Notes under the pieces: model-generated
The model's database searches: none
What the model was told of the DNA's origin: nothing
The model's input: only the letters and a program-made list of their open reading frames with translations
Translations under genes and position numbers: made by a program
Shown here: positions 1 through 8,775 of the stretch, one piece after another
Layout of the letters: each line of letters starts with the position of its first letter
Numbering within the stretch: position 1 is the stretch's first letter
Assembly: GCF_051105105.1 (NCBI RefSeq)
Contig: NZ_CP185339.1
Direction: 5' to 3' (one strand)
DNA length: 64,000 nucleotides
From: Nannocystis pusilla
Lineage (GTDB): Bacteria > Myxococcota_A > Polyangia > Nannocystales > Nannocystaceae

Positions 1-873
1 TGCGCCAGCTGCGAGCGGCGATGCAGGAGCTGCTGGCGCTCGGCGACCGCATGATCCCGCAGGCGGTGCGCGACCTGAACCAGTGGCTGCACACCGTCCA
101 GCGCCACATCTACGCCGGGTCGTACCACGAGATCCCGTCGAGCCTACGCGCCGAGACGCGGGAGCTCGAGCGCGGCCTTCTGCGCGAGCGTCGGCTGCCG
201 CGGCCCGACGAGCTGCCGTTCCCGCCGTCGACGATCGCCAACTATCGCCACCGCGTCCCGTGGCCCGACCTGCGCCAGGGCGGCTTCCACAACCCGTCGC
301 ACAACCCGTACCGCAACATCCGCACCTTCAGCGGCAACCTGCAGGCGGTCGCGCTGCGGCACCCGCGGAAGATCTACCGCGTGATCGAGAACGCCGACGG
401 CCGCGCGGGCGCCTTCTGGTCGCTCGAAGAAGCCGGCCAGCGGCCGCGCGTGGCGCGAGGACTACGCGGTGCTCGAGTCGTGGAACAGCGACGGCCACTA
501 CATCGAGTTCGAGATCCCGCCGAACATGACGCTCTACGTGTGGCAGGGCAAGGTGGCCAGCCAGGTCGAGACGGACGCGGCGAAGACGGCGACCTACGGG
601 CAGGTGCTCAACGGCGGCGCGCAGCAGCTGCTGATCGACCTGCGCCACCCGAGCAACGCGTGGGCGATGAGCCACGTCGAGGCGCTGCCGCTGCACCCGA
701 CCGGCTGGCGCGATCACAGGGGCGTGAACGTGCCGAACGAGCAGACCCGTGCCATCTTGCTCGGGCACGCCGAGCGCGCCGAGCGGGTCGGCGAATTCAC
801 CGCGGTCACGCGCGTCACGGGCGCGGCGGTCCGCGGCTCGCAGGCCGAGGAGAGGCGGCAGAGGCAGCAGTGA
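1..873 (+). CDS. Hypothetical protein, 5'-partial because it continues upstream of the window. The reading frame shifts at about 440-450 (frame 0 to frame 1).
   Basis: Protein-like translation in frame 0 (MQELLALGDRMIPQAV...AFWSLEEAGQRP) is continued by frame 1 (AWREDYAVLESWNSDGHYIEFEIPPNMTLYVWQGK...). The ORF is open to position 1. The stop TGA at 871-873 overlaps the GTG of the next gene (caGTGAcgg). Confidence 0.5.
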
Positions 874-1754
874 CGGAGCTCCAGACCATCGTCCGGCCGT
901 TCTCGCCGGCCGAGCTCGCTATCGACGCCACCACCCTCGCGCAGGTGTTCTATCGCCTGCGCCGATACTCGTCGCTGACCTACGTCAAGCGCTGCACCGA
1001 GCTGCTGCAGAAGTTCAGCGCCGGCTTCGACGCCTGGGCCCGCAAGTCGGGGCCCGACCACACCCTGTTCGCCCGCAAGGCGCTGAAGACGGTCTATCCG
1101 CCGCTGGCGGCGCTCGAGCAGGTGCCGGGGCTGTTGCTCGGCAACCAGAAGACGCGGGCCTACGACGCGCTGATCCAGGCCGGCTTCCTCACCGAGCTGC
1201 TCGGCCACGGCTTCGACGGCGGCATGCGCTGGGAGAAGTTCGGCTACAACTACGGCGAGCGGCCGAGCGTGGGCCTGTTCGCGTGGGCCGAGAAGGCGGT
1301 GGTCATGGCGGCGCAGATGCAGCGCACCGCCGAGGCCAGGTGGTCGCACACGCTCATGGCTCTGCAGCGCCCGGCGCCGCCGCACGCCCACCTCCAGCCG
1401 ATGCCGCCGGCCGACGGCGTCGTCGTCGACCTGGACGAGGTCGTGCCGGTCACCGGCGTGTGGGTGCCGATCGACGTGCCGAACGGCTGCCCGAACTACC
1501 TGGTCGAGGGCGTGCCGGCGCCCAAGCTGACGGTCGAGATCCAGCGCGTCGATTCCGAGGGTTACCCCGGCGACCCCGAGAACCCGCCGATCGCGGCCCG
1601 CACCGACTACGTCCACGGCGAGGTGCCGACCCGCTGGCAGCTGGCGTGGGACGACATCCGCTACCGCGCCGGCGTCGAGATCGACGAGCCCGAGTTCCTC
1701 GACGAGGAGACCGAACTCCCGGCCTGGCCGCCGGCCCATCCGCCTTCGCCATGA
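871..1754 (+). CDS. Hypothetical protein of about 294 aa, translationally coupled to both neighbours.
   Basis: ORF-track frame 0 from a GTG at 871 (TELQTIVRPFSPAELAID...). Composition is non-repetitive and protein-like. Its stop overlaps the start of the downstream gene (ccATGA). Confidence 0.55.
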
Positions 1755-2650
1755 GCGCGAGCCCTGCTACGAGCGCGCCTCACGACGGACCGCCCGGCTT
1801 CGGCGGACCCACGCCGCGGCTGGTCGTCGAGGTGCTGTGGGGGCCGGAGCAGGGCAAAAAGGCGGTGATCGCCGCGGGCGGGGCGATCACGGTCGGGCGC
1901 GACGCGGCGGCGGGCCTGTGCCTGGCACACGACGGGGCGCTGGCGCCGATCCACCTGCAGATCGAGTGGGACGGGCGGGTCGCGGCGGTACAGGCGCTGG
2001 TGAACGAACGGACATGTCTCGACGGACAGCCGATGCGCGAGGGCAAGAGCGGCCACGGCGGCTGGGTGCGCGCCGGCGCGTCCGACCTGGCGCTGGCGAT
2101 CGAGCGTCACACGCGGCCCAATCCGCCGCCGACGCCGGAGGTGGTGGCCGCGGCCGCGCCGGCGATCGCGGCCCTGCGGGCGCTGCCGGGCCGGCTGTTC
2201 GCGGTCGCCGACGCGTCGCGCGACGAGCGGGTGCGCGTGCTCCTGCGCGAGTCGCCGGCCCGCCACCGCTCGCTGTTCGACGGCTGGCAGGGCGACGCGA
2301 TCGCCGAGTCTGCGCCGTACCTGGTCGAGCTCGGGCCGCCGCACCCGGAGCTGGTGGGCGATCTGGTGGTCGAGGGCTGGCACACCGACGCCGCCCGACG
2401 CGACGGCGACGGCGGCTGGGCGATCTTCCTGTCGGTGCCCGACGGCCGCGAGTTCGAGGCCGTGCGCCGCCACCTGCGCAAGTTCCTCATGGTCGAGCTC
2501 GACCGCGAGAAGGTCTACTTCCGCTTCTACGACCCGCGGGTGCTGCGGGCGTTCGTGCCGACCTGCAGCGCGGCCGAGCGGCGCGAGTTCCTCGGCGACA
2601 TGGGGTGGCACATCACCTGTCCCGAAGGACTGCTGAGCTTCCGCGCCTGA
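1751..2650 (+). CDS. Protein with an FHA domain followed by a DUF4123 domain (the T6SS adaptor/chaperone Tap/Tec type).
   Basis: The N-terminus has an FHA-like pattern (AITVGRDAAAGLCLAHDGALAPIHLQIEWDGR...ALVNERTCLDGQPM). The C-terminus matches the DUF4123 hallmark (LFAVADASRD..SLFDG..AESAPYLVEL...VYFRFYDPRVLRAFVP...REFLG). The ATG at 1751 overlaps the upstream stop. Confidence 0.8.
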   Translation: MSASPATSAPHDGPPGFGGPTPRLVVEVLWGPEQGKKAVIAAGGAITVGRDAAAGLCLAHDGALAPIHLQIEWDGRVAAVQALVNERTCLDGQPMREGKSGHGGWVRAGASDLALAIERHTRPNPPPTPEVVAAAAPAIAALRALPGRLFAVADASRDERVRVLLRESPARHRSLFDGWQGDAIAESAPYLVELGPPHPELVGDLVVEGWHTDAARRDGDGGWAIFLSVPDGREFEAVRRHLRKFLMVELDREKVYFRFYDPRVLRAFVPTCSAAERREFLGDMGWHITCPEGLLSFRA

Positions 2651-2757
2651 GCGGCGGGCGCGAGCTGTCCCCGAAGGACTGCTGAGCTTCCGCGCCCGAG
2701 CGGCGCGTGAAGCAGTCCGGAGGACCGCTGAGCTTCCGCGCCCGAGCGGCGCGCGCG
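2618..2757. repeat. Three direct copies of a ~45-bp unit (ccgaaggactgctgagcttccgcgccYgagcggcg). The first copy is the 3' end of the FHA-DUF4123 gene.
   Basis: Copies at about 2618, 2668 and 2714 are nearly identical. Confidence 0.8.
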
Positions 2758-3149
2758 AGGGCTCGGGGCACGCGCGGCCGAGGACGACCTCATCCGCCGG
2801 GTCGTGCCCACGTTCGCGGCCTGCGAGGGCCCGGCCCGCGGGCGCCGGGCTCGACCGGTCGGCGGCGCAACTTCACGCCGCGGGGCTTCCGACTCGCGGG
2901 TCCGCCGTCCGACTGCGTGCGAGCGTGACGCGCCGCGCACCCGCCGGGGTGAGGCGCGGCCGGGCCCCGGCGGCCGCGTCTGCGCCCGGCCGGGCCGCGC
3001 GGCCGGAGGCCCCGGGCTGCGCCCGCGCGACCCGGCGCTACGCTTGCCGCTGCGTGCCCGACCCGCGGCCGACAGCCGAGCGCGTGCTCTCCTCCCCGCC
3101 GGAGCCCCCCTTCGCGGGCCGGCTGCGGCCCCGTGGCGCTCGCACCGAC

Positions 3150-3352
3150 ATGGCCCTCGGGACAGGTCACCGCGGCACCGGGCGGGCCGGCGCGCGGCGG
3201 GCCGATGCGGGCCTGCGCGAAGGGACAGGTCGAGGCGCGCCGGCCCGACGCGGCCGCGATGGGGACGACCTGTCCGGAGAGACCCCTCTTCGCCCGCCAG
3301 GCCGCGGGTTTACGCCCGACTCCGCGAGCGACATGTCCGGACGGTCAGCCGC
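3150..3352. repeat. Degenerate copies of the GACATGTCC-family palindromic element, 4 or more.
   Basis: gacatggccctcgggacaggtc, gaagggacaggtcgagg, gacctgtccggagag and cgacatgtccggacgg. Confidence 0.5.
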
Positions 3353-3463
3353 TTCATGGCAGTCACACCGGAACAGCGACGGCTACCCGGGTCCGCTCGA
3401 CGAGTGGATCGGTCCGGTCCTCGGAGCCCCTCCGACCGCGCGCGCGCGCGCGGAGGCCGGGCC

Positions 3464-4444
3464 ATGAAGCTGCGGACGCGGCTGGCGGCGCTGATGTTCG
3501 TGGTCGCGGTGCCGGTCCTGATCGGCGCGAGCGCGCTGCCGGAGCCGCTGCTCGGACGCTCCGGCGCGCTGGCCCTCGGCTTCGGCCTCGGGATCTCGGC
3601 GACGCTCGCGGTCGCCTGGCCGCTGGTCGGACGGATCCGCCAGCTCGCCGCGGCCGCCCGCGACGCCGCCGAGAGCGGCCATCGCCGCGAGATCGAGGTC
3701 GGCGGCGACGACGAGCTGGCCGAGCTGGCCCACAGCTTCAACGCCGCCGGACGGGCCGTGCGCGATCACCTGGCCCTCGGCGAGCGGCGCAACGCGGCCC
3801 TGCGCGACGTCGTCGTCGACGCCACCCACGACGTCATGCTGCCGCTGACGGCCCTGCACGGCCACCTCGGCGACCTCGGCGCGGGCGCGGCGATCGCCGA
3901 GGTCCACCACATCGCCGGGCTGCTGCGCAACCTCGCGGCCGCGGCCGCGCTGGCGACCGAGGTCGCGCCGGCGCGGGCGGCGATCGACCTCAACGCGGTC
4001 CTGCTGCGCGTGGTGGTCCGCACGACCGCGCAGGCGCGCAAGGCGGGGGTCGAGCTGGTGTCGGCGGTGCCCGAGGCGACGGTGTGGATCGACGGGGACG
4101 CGTTGCTGGTCGAGCAGGCGATCGTCAACGTGATCGACAACGCAGTCGCCTACAACTACCGCGGCGGCCACGTGGCCGCCGTGCTGGTCCGCCGCGGCCA
4201 CGACGGCTTCGCCCTGCGCGTCGAGGACGACGGCCCCGGGGTGCGGCCCGACGAGCTGCCGCGCCTGACCGAACGCTACTTCCGCGGCGCCCACGGCCAG
4301 CAGGCCCGACCCGGCGGCCGCGGGCTCGGGCTGCACATCGCCGCCCGCGTCGCCGACGCCCACGGCTTCTCGCTCGAGCTGGCCCGCGGGCCCTACGGCG
4401 GGCTGTGCGTCGAGCTGCGCGGCCGCCGGCGCACGCTCCGGTGA
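3464..4444 (+). CDS. Sensor histidine kinase with 2 transmembrane segments, HAMP, HisKA and HATPase_c.
   Basis: MKLRTRLAALMFVVAVPVLIG (TM); a second TM; HAMP-like (ELAELAHSFNAAG); an H-box (THDVMLPLTALHGHL); N, G1 and G2 boxes (NVIDNAVAYN, DDGPGV, GLGLHIAARV). Confidence 0.85.
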   Translation: MKLRTRLAALMFVVAVPVLIGASALPEPLLGRSGALALGFGLGISATLAVAWPLVGRIRQLAAAARDAAESGHRREIEVGGDDELAELAHSFNAAGRAVRDHLALGERRNAALRDVVVDATHDVMLPLTALHGHLGDLGAGAAIAEVHHIAGLLRNLAAAAALATEVAPARAAIDLNAVLLRVVVRTTAQARKAGVELVSAVPEATVWIDGDALLVEQAIVNVIDNAVAYNYRGGHVAAVLVRRGHDGFALRVEDDGPGVRPDELPRLTERYFRGAHGQQARPGGRGLGLHIAARVADAHGFSLELARGPYGGLCVELRGRRRTLR

Positions 4445-4448
4445 GGGG

Positions 4449-4518
4449 AAGGACATGTCCGTGACGGCATGTCCAGAAGGGCATGTCCGCATGGGCATGT
4501 CCGGAAGGACATGCCCCT
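4449..4518. repeat. Array of five CATGTCC units at ~14-bp spacing. It includes a perfect GGACATGTCC.
   Basis: gaaggacatgtccgtgacggcatgtccagaagggcatgtccgcatgggcatgtccggaaggacatgccc. Confidence 0.85.
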
Positions 4519-4528
4519 ACAGTCAGAC

Positions 4529-5266
4529 TCAGCGGTTGTCGAGCGCGACCCGGCGGAAGGACCCGCACCCGCCGGCCGACGGGGCGCCCGGCGTGGCGAA
4601 GCACGGGATGCCCGGGTCCGGCCCGTCGGCGAGGACGTTGCAGCGCCAGTTCCAGCCGTCGCCGACGGCCGAGGCGTCGGGGAAGGTCGAGACGAGGCGG
4701 AAGGTCGCGCGCTGGTGCGGCGGCAAGGTCGTGACCTCGCGCGCGTCGCGGTCCTCCGGGTCGAGGATGACGTTGCCGCCCGTGGGCGCGAAGCCGACGA
4801 GGCTGACGTCGTGGAGCGCCAGCGGCACCTCGCAGCCGTTGTGCAGCTCCACGACGGCCCGCGGCGGCGCGCCGCGGATCGCCCGCAGCTCGACGCCGAG
4901 GCAGTTCTCGACCCGGCGGCGCTCCTCCTCCGCGTGCTGGCGCTCGAACTCGGCCCGCCGTTCCTCGGCGGCGCGGTCGTCGAGCACGACCGCGACGATG
5001 TAGCCGCCCGCCAGCAGCACGTGCATGACGACGGGTCCCCAGGTGCGCCGGCCGACCCACACCATGAGGAAGGTCGTCACCAGCGCGTAGGCGACGAGGA
5101 TCTCGAGCGTGAAGACGGCGGCCAAGCCGAGGAGAACGTTTTCACCGCGCGGCAGGCCGAGCAGGACCCCGCCGAAAACGTAGAGGTAGAGGACGACCAG
5201 CGCCAGCAGGGCGAGGCCGTGGAGCTGCCAGGCGCGCCGCGTGTCGCGGCGGTCGGGCGCGGTCAC
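4529..5266 (-). CDS. Hypothetical membrane protein.
   Basis: The N-terminal half is hydrophobic (LLALVVLYLYVFGGVLLG...VFTLEILVAYALVTTFLMVWV) and the C-terminus is soluble. There is a 4-nt overlap with the upstream lipoprotein gene. Confidence 0.55.
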   Translation of the reverse strand: MTAPDRRDTRRAWQLHGLALLALVVLYLYVFGGVLLGLPRGENVLLGLAAVFTLEILVAYALVTTFLMVWVGRRTWGPVVMHVLLAGGYIVAVVLDDRAAEERRAEFERQHAEEERRRVENCLGVELRAIRGAPPRAVVELHNGCEVPLALHDVSLVGFAPTGGNVILDPEDRDAREVTTLPPHQRATFRLVSTFPDASAVGDGWNWRCNVLADGPDPGIPCFATPGAPSAGGCGSFRRVALDNR

Positions 5267-5910
5267 TGCTGCGGCGGGGGTTGGGCCGCCAGCGCGTTAC
5301 GGAACTCGGGGGTCTGGGCCAGCTTGACCGAGCCGTCGAGGGTGGCGTCGCCGAACGCCTGCAGGAAGTTGCTCTCCTCCTGGCTGCGGCCCCAGCGGCT
5401 GCTCTTGCCGGCGATCGGGCCCTGCCACAGCGTCGTGCTGTTGCGGTCGATGAGCCAGCCCTGGGCCATCAGCGCGGCCTGGTAGGTGTTGCCCTCGACG
5501 ATCCAGAACTGGTCGAGCTGCAGCTGCAGGGTGTGCGTCGCGGCCTGCGGGTCGGCGGTGACCGGGAAGCCGAGCGCGGCGAGCTCCTTGGCGAACACGT
5601 TGCGGACGTACTCGGTCGGGACCTGGCCGCCGGCGGCGTTGTAGACCGGCAGGTCGGGGTTGGCGTCCTCGCTGACCCCGAGCAGGTGCGGATCGGTCAC
5701 TTGCCGCTTGTCGACGATCTGGGCGATGAAGATGAGGGTGCCCGGGGGGACCGCCGCGAGACCCGCGACCTTCGACGGGTCGGCCTTCTCGCTCGGCGAA
5801 TAGACCAGCGGGAAGGAGATGATGTCGGGGGACGAGGCGCAGGCGCCTGCGGTCAGCGCGGCGGAGAGGAGGCCGCAGGCGAGGAGCGAGGAGCGAGCGC
5901 GGTGCTGCAT
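5263..5910 (-). CDS. Lipoprotein of unknown function.
   Basis: Signal peptide plus lipobox (LLACGLLSAALTAGAC); non-repetitive soluble domain. Confidence 0.65.
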   Translation of the reverse strand: MQHRARSSLLACGLLSAALTAGACASSPDIISFPLVYSPSEKADPSKVAGLAAVPPGTLIFIAQIVDKRQVTDPHLLGVSEDANPDLPVYNAAGGQVPTEYVRNVFAKELAALGFPVTADPQAATHTLQLQLDQFWIVEGNTYQAALMAQGWLIDRNSTTLWQGPIAGKSSRWGRSQEESNFLQAFGDATLDGSVKLAQTPEFRNALAAQPPPQQ

Positions 5911-6110
5911 GGCGGGGCCACAGTAGCACCCCGCGCCGGGCCCGGCGACGCGGCCCGCCGCAGCCGCAGGCAGTGCAAACGGTGACGCCGATCACCGCCC
6001 GCCGCGGCGGGCGCGCAGACGAACGGAACTGCGGTTAACAACGTTCAAAAGCCCGCCAATGGCCGATCGCGGCCGGCTGCGTGCTGCAGACAAGCAGGGC
6101 GTGCAGGGGT

Positions 6111-7746
6111 ATGGTCGCGGTGGTGCTCGCCAACCTCGACGCGATCGACTGGAAGTCCCTGCGCCACGCCTACGGAGAGGCGAGCGACGTGCCGAAGCTG
6201 ATCCGCGCGCTCGTCAGCGATCACCCCGGCAAGCGGGAGGGCGCGCTCGACGCGTTGTTCTCGACGATCTGGCACCAGGGCACGGTCTACTCGGCGAGCC
6301 CCGCCGCGGTGCCGTTCCTGGTCGAGCTGCTCGACGCCGAGGCGCAGGAGGATCTGCCGGCGATCCTCGAGCTGCTGGCGCACCTCGCCACCGGCACGCC
6401 CGACGAGGACGCCGAGGCGCCGCACAACGCCGCCACCGCCGCGCGCGAGGCCGTGTCGCGCGGGATCTCCGTCTACGCGCGCCGCCTCGGCCACCCCGAG
6501 CCGGCGGTCCGCGTGGCCGCGGCGTACTTGCTCGGGCTGTTCGCGGTCGAGGCGGCCCGCGCCCCGCTCGCCGCGGCCGTCGAGGACGACTCCGAGCCGG
6601 CGGTCCGCGCCGTGGCAGCGTTCGCGCTCGGCTGCATCGCCGACCCGGCCCGCGCCGACGAGCTGCGCGAGCGGCTGGTCGACATCAGCGAGCACCCCGC
6701 GGTGCGCCTCTACGCCGGCCTCGGCCTGTCGCGCGGCGGCGCGCCCGTGGAAGGCCCGCAGTTCGCCGCGCTCGCCGAATTGGTCGAGGACGTTCGACCT
6801 GTTCGGCCAGCTCGACGAGCTCCACGACAACGCCGCGCGCATGAGCTACGGCCCGCTCGCTGACGGCCTCGTGCGCCTACCCGCGGCGGCGCGCCTGCGC
6901 CTGGCCCCCGCGCTCGGGCGCGCCCTCGAGGCGGTCCGCGGCCGCGACGCGCTCGGCCTGGCCACCGCGCTGCTCGGGCTCGCCTTCGCCGACGCCAGCG
7001 TGCTCGCGGGGGCCGGCCCGGAGGTCCTCGGCGAGGTCCAGCGCCAGGTGCTGGTGAGCCTCGTGCGCGCCCCGGCGGCCTGGCGCTACGCCAACATCGG
7101 CACCGCGCTGGCCGACATCGGCCTCGCGCCGGCGCTGACCCAGCGCGCCCCGCTGGCCGAGTGGCTCGGCGTCGACGCCAGCGAGCTGGCCGAGGACGAC
7201 GAAGACGACGACGGCGACGAATCCGGCGACGGCGACGAGGACGACGAGGACGCCGGCGTCGACGTCGAGGCGCCCGAGCCCGACCTCGGCGAGCTCGACC
7301 GGATCGGCCGCTTCGTCGCCTGTCTCGACGGCCAGGACTGGCGCGAGGCCCGGCAATGGTTCGCGTTTTATCAGCAGATGCGCGGAGTCGCCCGCGTCGA
7401 GCCGCCGGCGATCGGCCGTTACTTCGGCGCCCACGCCAACCTCGAGGCCGGCTACTGGCTGTACGACCGCGAGCTGTCGCGCTCCCTCGGCACCTGCGTC
7501 CCGCTCGAGCACATCCGTCTGGCCGTCGGGCGCAAGGACTCCGACGACCAGGTGGCCCTGCGGATCCGCGTCGACGACGACTGCCTCGACGCCGTCCTCG
7601 CCGCGATCGTCCGCCACCAGGACCGCGTCACTCCGACCGACTTCACCGCCCTGGCGATCGACCTCATCGGCGCCGCCCCCGAGGTGCTGCTGGAGACCGG
7701 TCGGGCCCAGCGCGCCCGCCTCGGTCGCGCGGCCGGCAGCGCCTGA
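6111..7746 (+). CDS. HEAT-repeat (PBS-lyase-like) protein with an acidic linker. There is an apparent +1 frameshift at about 6792.
   Basis: Repeated EPAVRVAAAYLLG and EPAVRAVAAFALG motifs. The frame-0 part (6111-~6795) continues in frame 1 (FDLFGQLDELHDNAARMSYGPLADGL...). A poly-D/E stretch lies at 7190-7260. Confidence 0.7.
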
Positions 7747-7789
7747 GACCCGTCGCCGATGGGGCAAGGCCCGTCGCGAGGTGGGGCAG

Positions 7790-8250
7790 TCGTGGGCGCC
7801 ATCGGCTTTGCTGGTGGAGACGGGCCGCCGGTGGCCCGTCACTTCCTTGGATGGGAGGAGGCGACCCGCCCGTGTGGCTGTCACTTCCTTTGACGAGTGG
7901 AGGCGGGCCCAGCCTGCGGGCCAACTGCGGATGGGGGGAGAGGGGTCAACCCGTCGCCCCGTGTGGCGGCCGGTCCGCGTGGCTGTGACTGGGGGGTGGG
8001 TGGCGTCGGGACGGTATGACCGTCGCCTGCCTTTATGGACGGAGAGGGGCCAGCCGGTCGACCCTTTGGTTGCGACAGCCGGATAGGTGGAGACGGCGCC
8101 GGCCCGTCGGGCCCGCCTGGCCGCGACGGCTGGATAGGTGGAGACGGGCCTGGCGGGTCGGGCCCGCGTGGCTGCGAGCCGCTGGAGCGATGGAGTCAGC
8201 CATCGGGCCGTGCGACCGCGAATTGCCGCTCCTTTCGCTCGCCTCACCAC
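7790..8250. repeat. Degenerate ~50-bp tandem or direct repeats in a ~1-kb non-coding region.
   Basis: Recurrent ggataggtggagacggGccNggc...gggcccgcNtggcYgcga and ccgtgtggctgtcacttcc units. Confidence 0.6.
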
Positions 8251-8317
8251 CTTCCGCGAGCGCCGGGGGCCTGCGAGGGTGGACCGCGGCGAGGGTTCCT
8301 CCGGGGGTGCTCCCCCG

Positions 8318-8626
8318 CATGTCTCCGGGGACATATGGTGACAGTCGCGGCGGGGCGGCAATCTTCGGATGTCTCTCGGAACATGTGTCCTTTTCGCCAC
8401 GAAATATTTTCCTCCCCCTCGCGCGCCAGCCGCCGGCGGACTGCACGCCGTGGAGGTCTCGGCGGGTCCGGCGGTTCGGCCGCCGGGCCCCACGAGCGCG
8501 GACGGGTACCGCGAATCATCGCATGTCTCGAGGGACATCCGACCACCCAGGCCGCCGGCTGCGGCGGTCCGCGCGCGGCGAGCTCGGCGGTCCGCCGCAT
8601 TGGCATGTCTCGAGGGACATCCCATA
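8318..8626. repeat. Four copies of the palindromic GCATGTCTC..GGGACAT element, upstream of the large lipoprotein gene.
   Basis: gcatgtctccggggacat, ggatgtctctcggaacatgtgtcc, and gcatgtctcgagggacatcc twice. Confidence 0.7.
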
Positions 8627-8775
8627 GAAGTGTTCCTGCGTTCGAGTCGCACGTGCGGGTGTGCAGCGGCCTGGTGGAGAGACCTTGCAGGTCCGCAAGC
8701 CCGACCGCGGCTGCAGAGTGTGCACGGCGCGGCGCACTATCGCCGGAGACGCGTCGCGCATAGAGTCCGGCTCCC

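Noticed and set aside
4455-5060. Cluster of short ORFs starting MSVTACPEGHV / MSRRACPHGHV / MSAWACPEGHA. Similar 'MS.RTCP.GH' ORFs occur elsewhere (14754, 20119, 37105, 60437 and others).
   Set aside because: They are produced by translating the CATGTCC repeat units (ATG inside the palindrome). They are not genes.
6877-8652. 591-aa ORF on the minus strand.
   Set aside because: It is antisense to the HEAT-repeat gene and to the repeat region. Its translation is Arg/Gly/Ala-rich low complexity, a GC-frame artefact.
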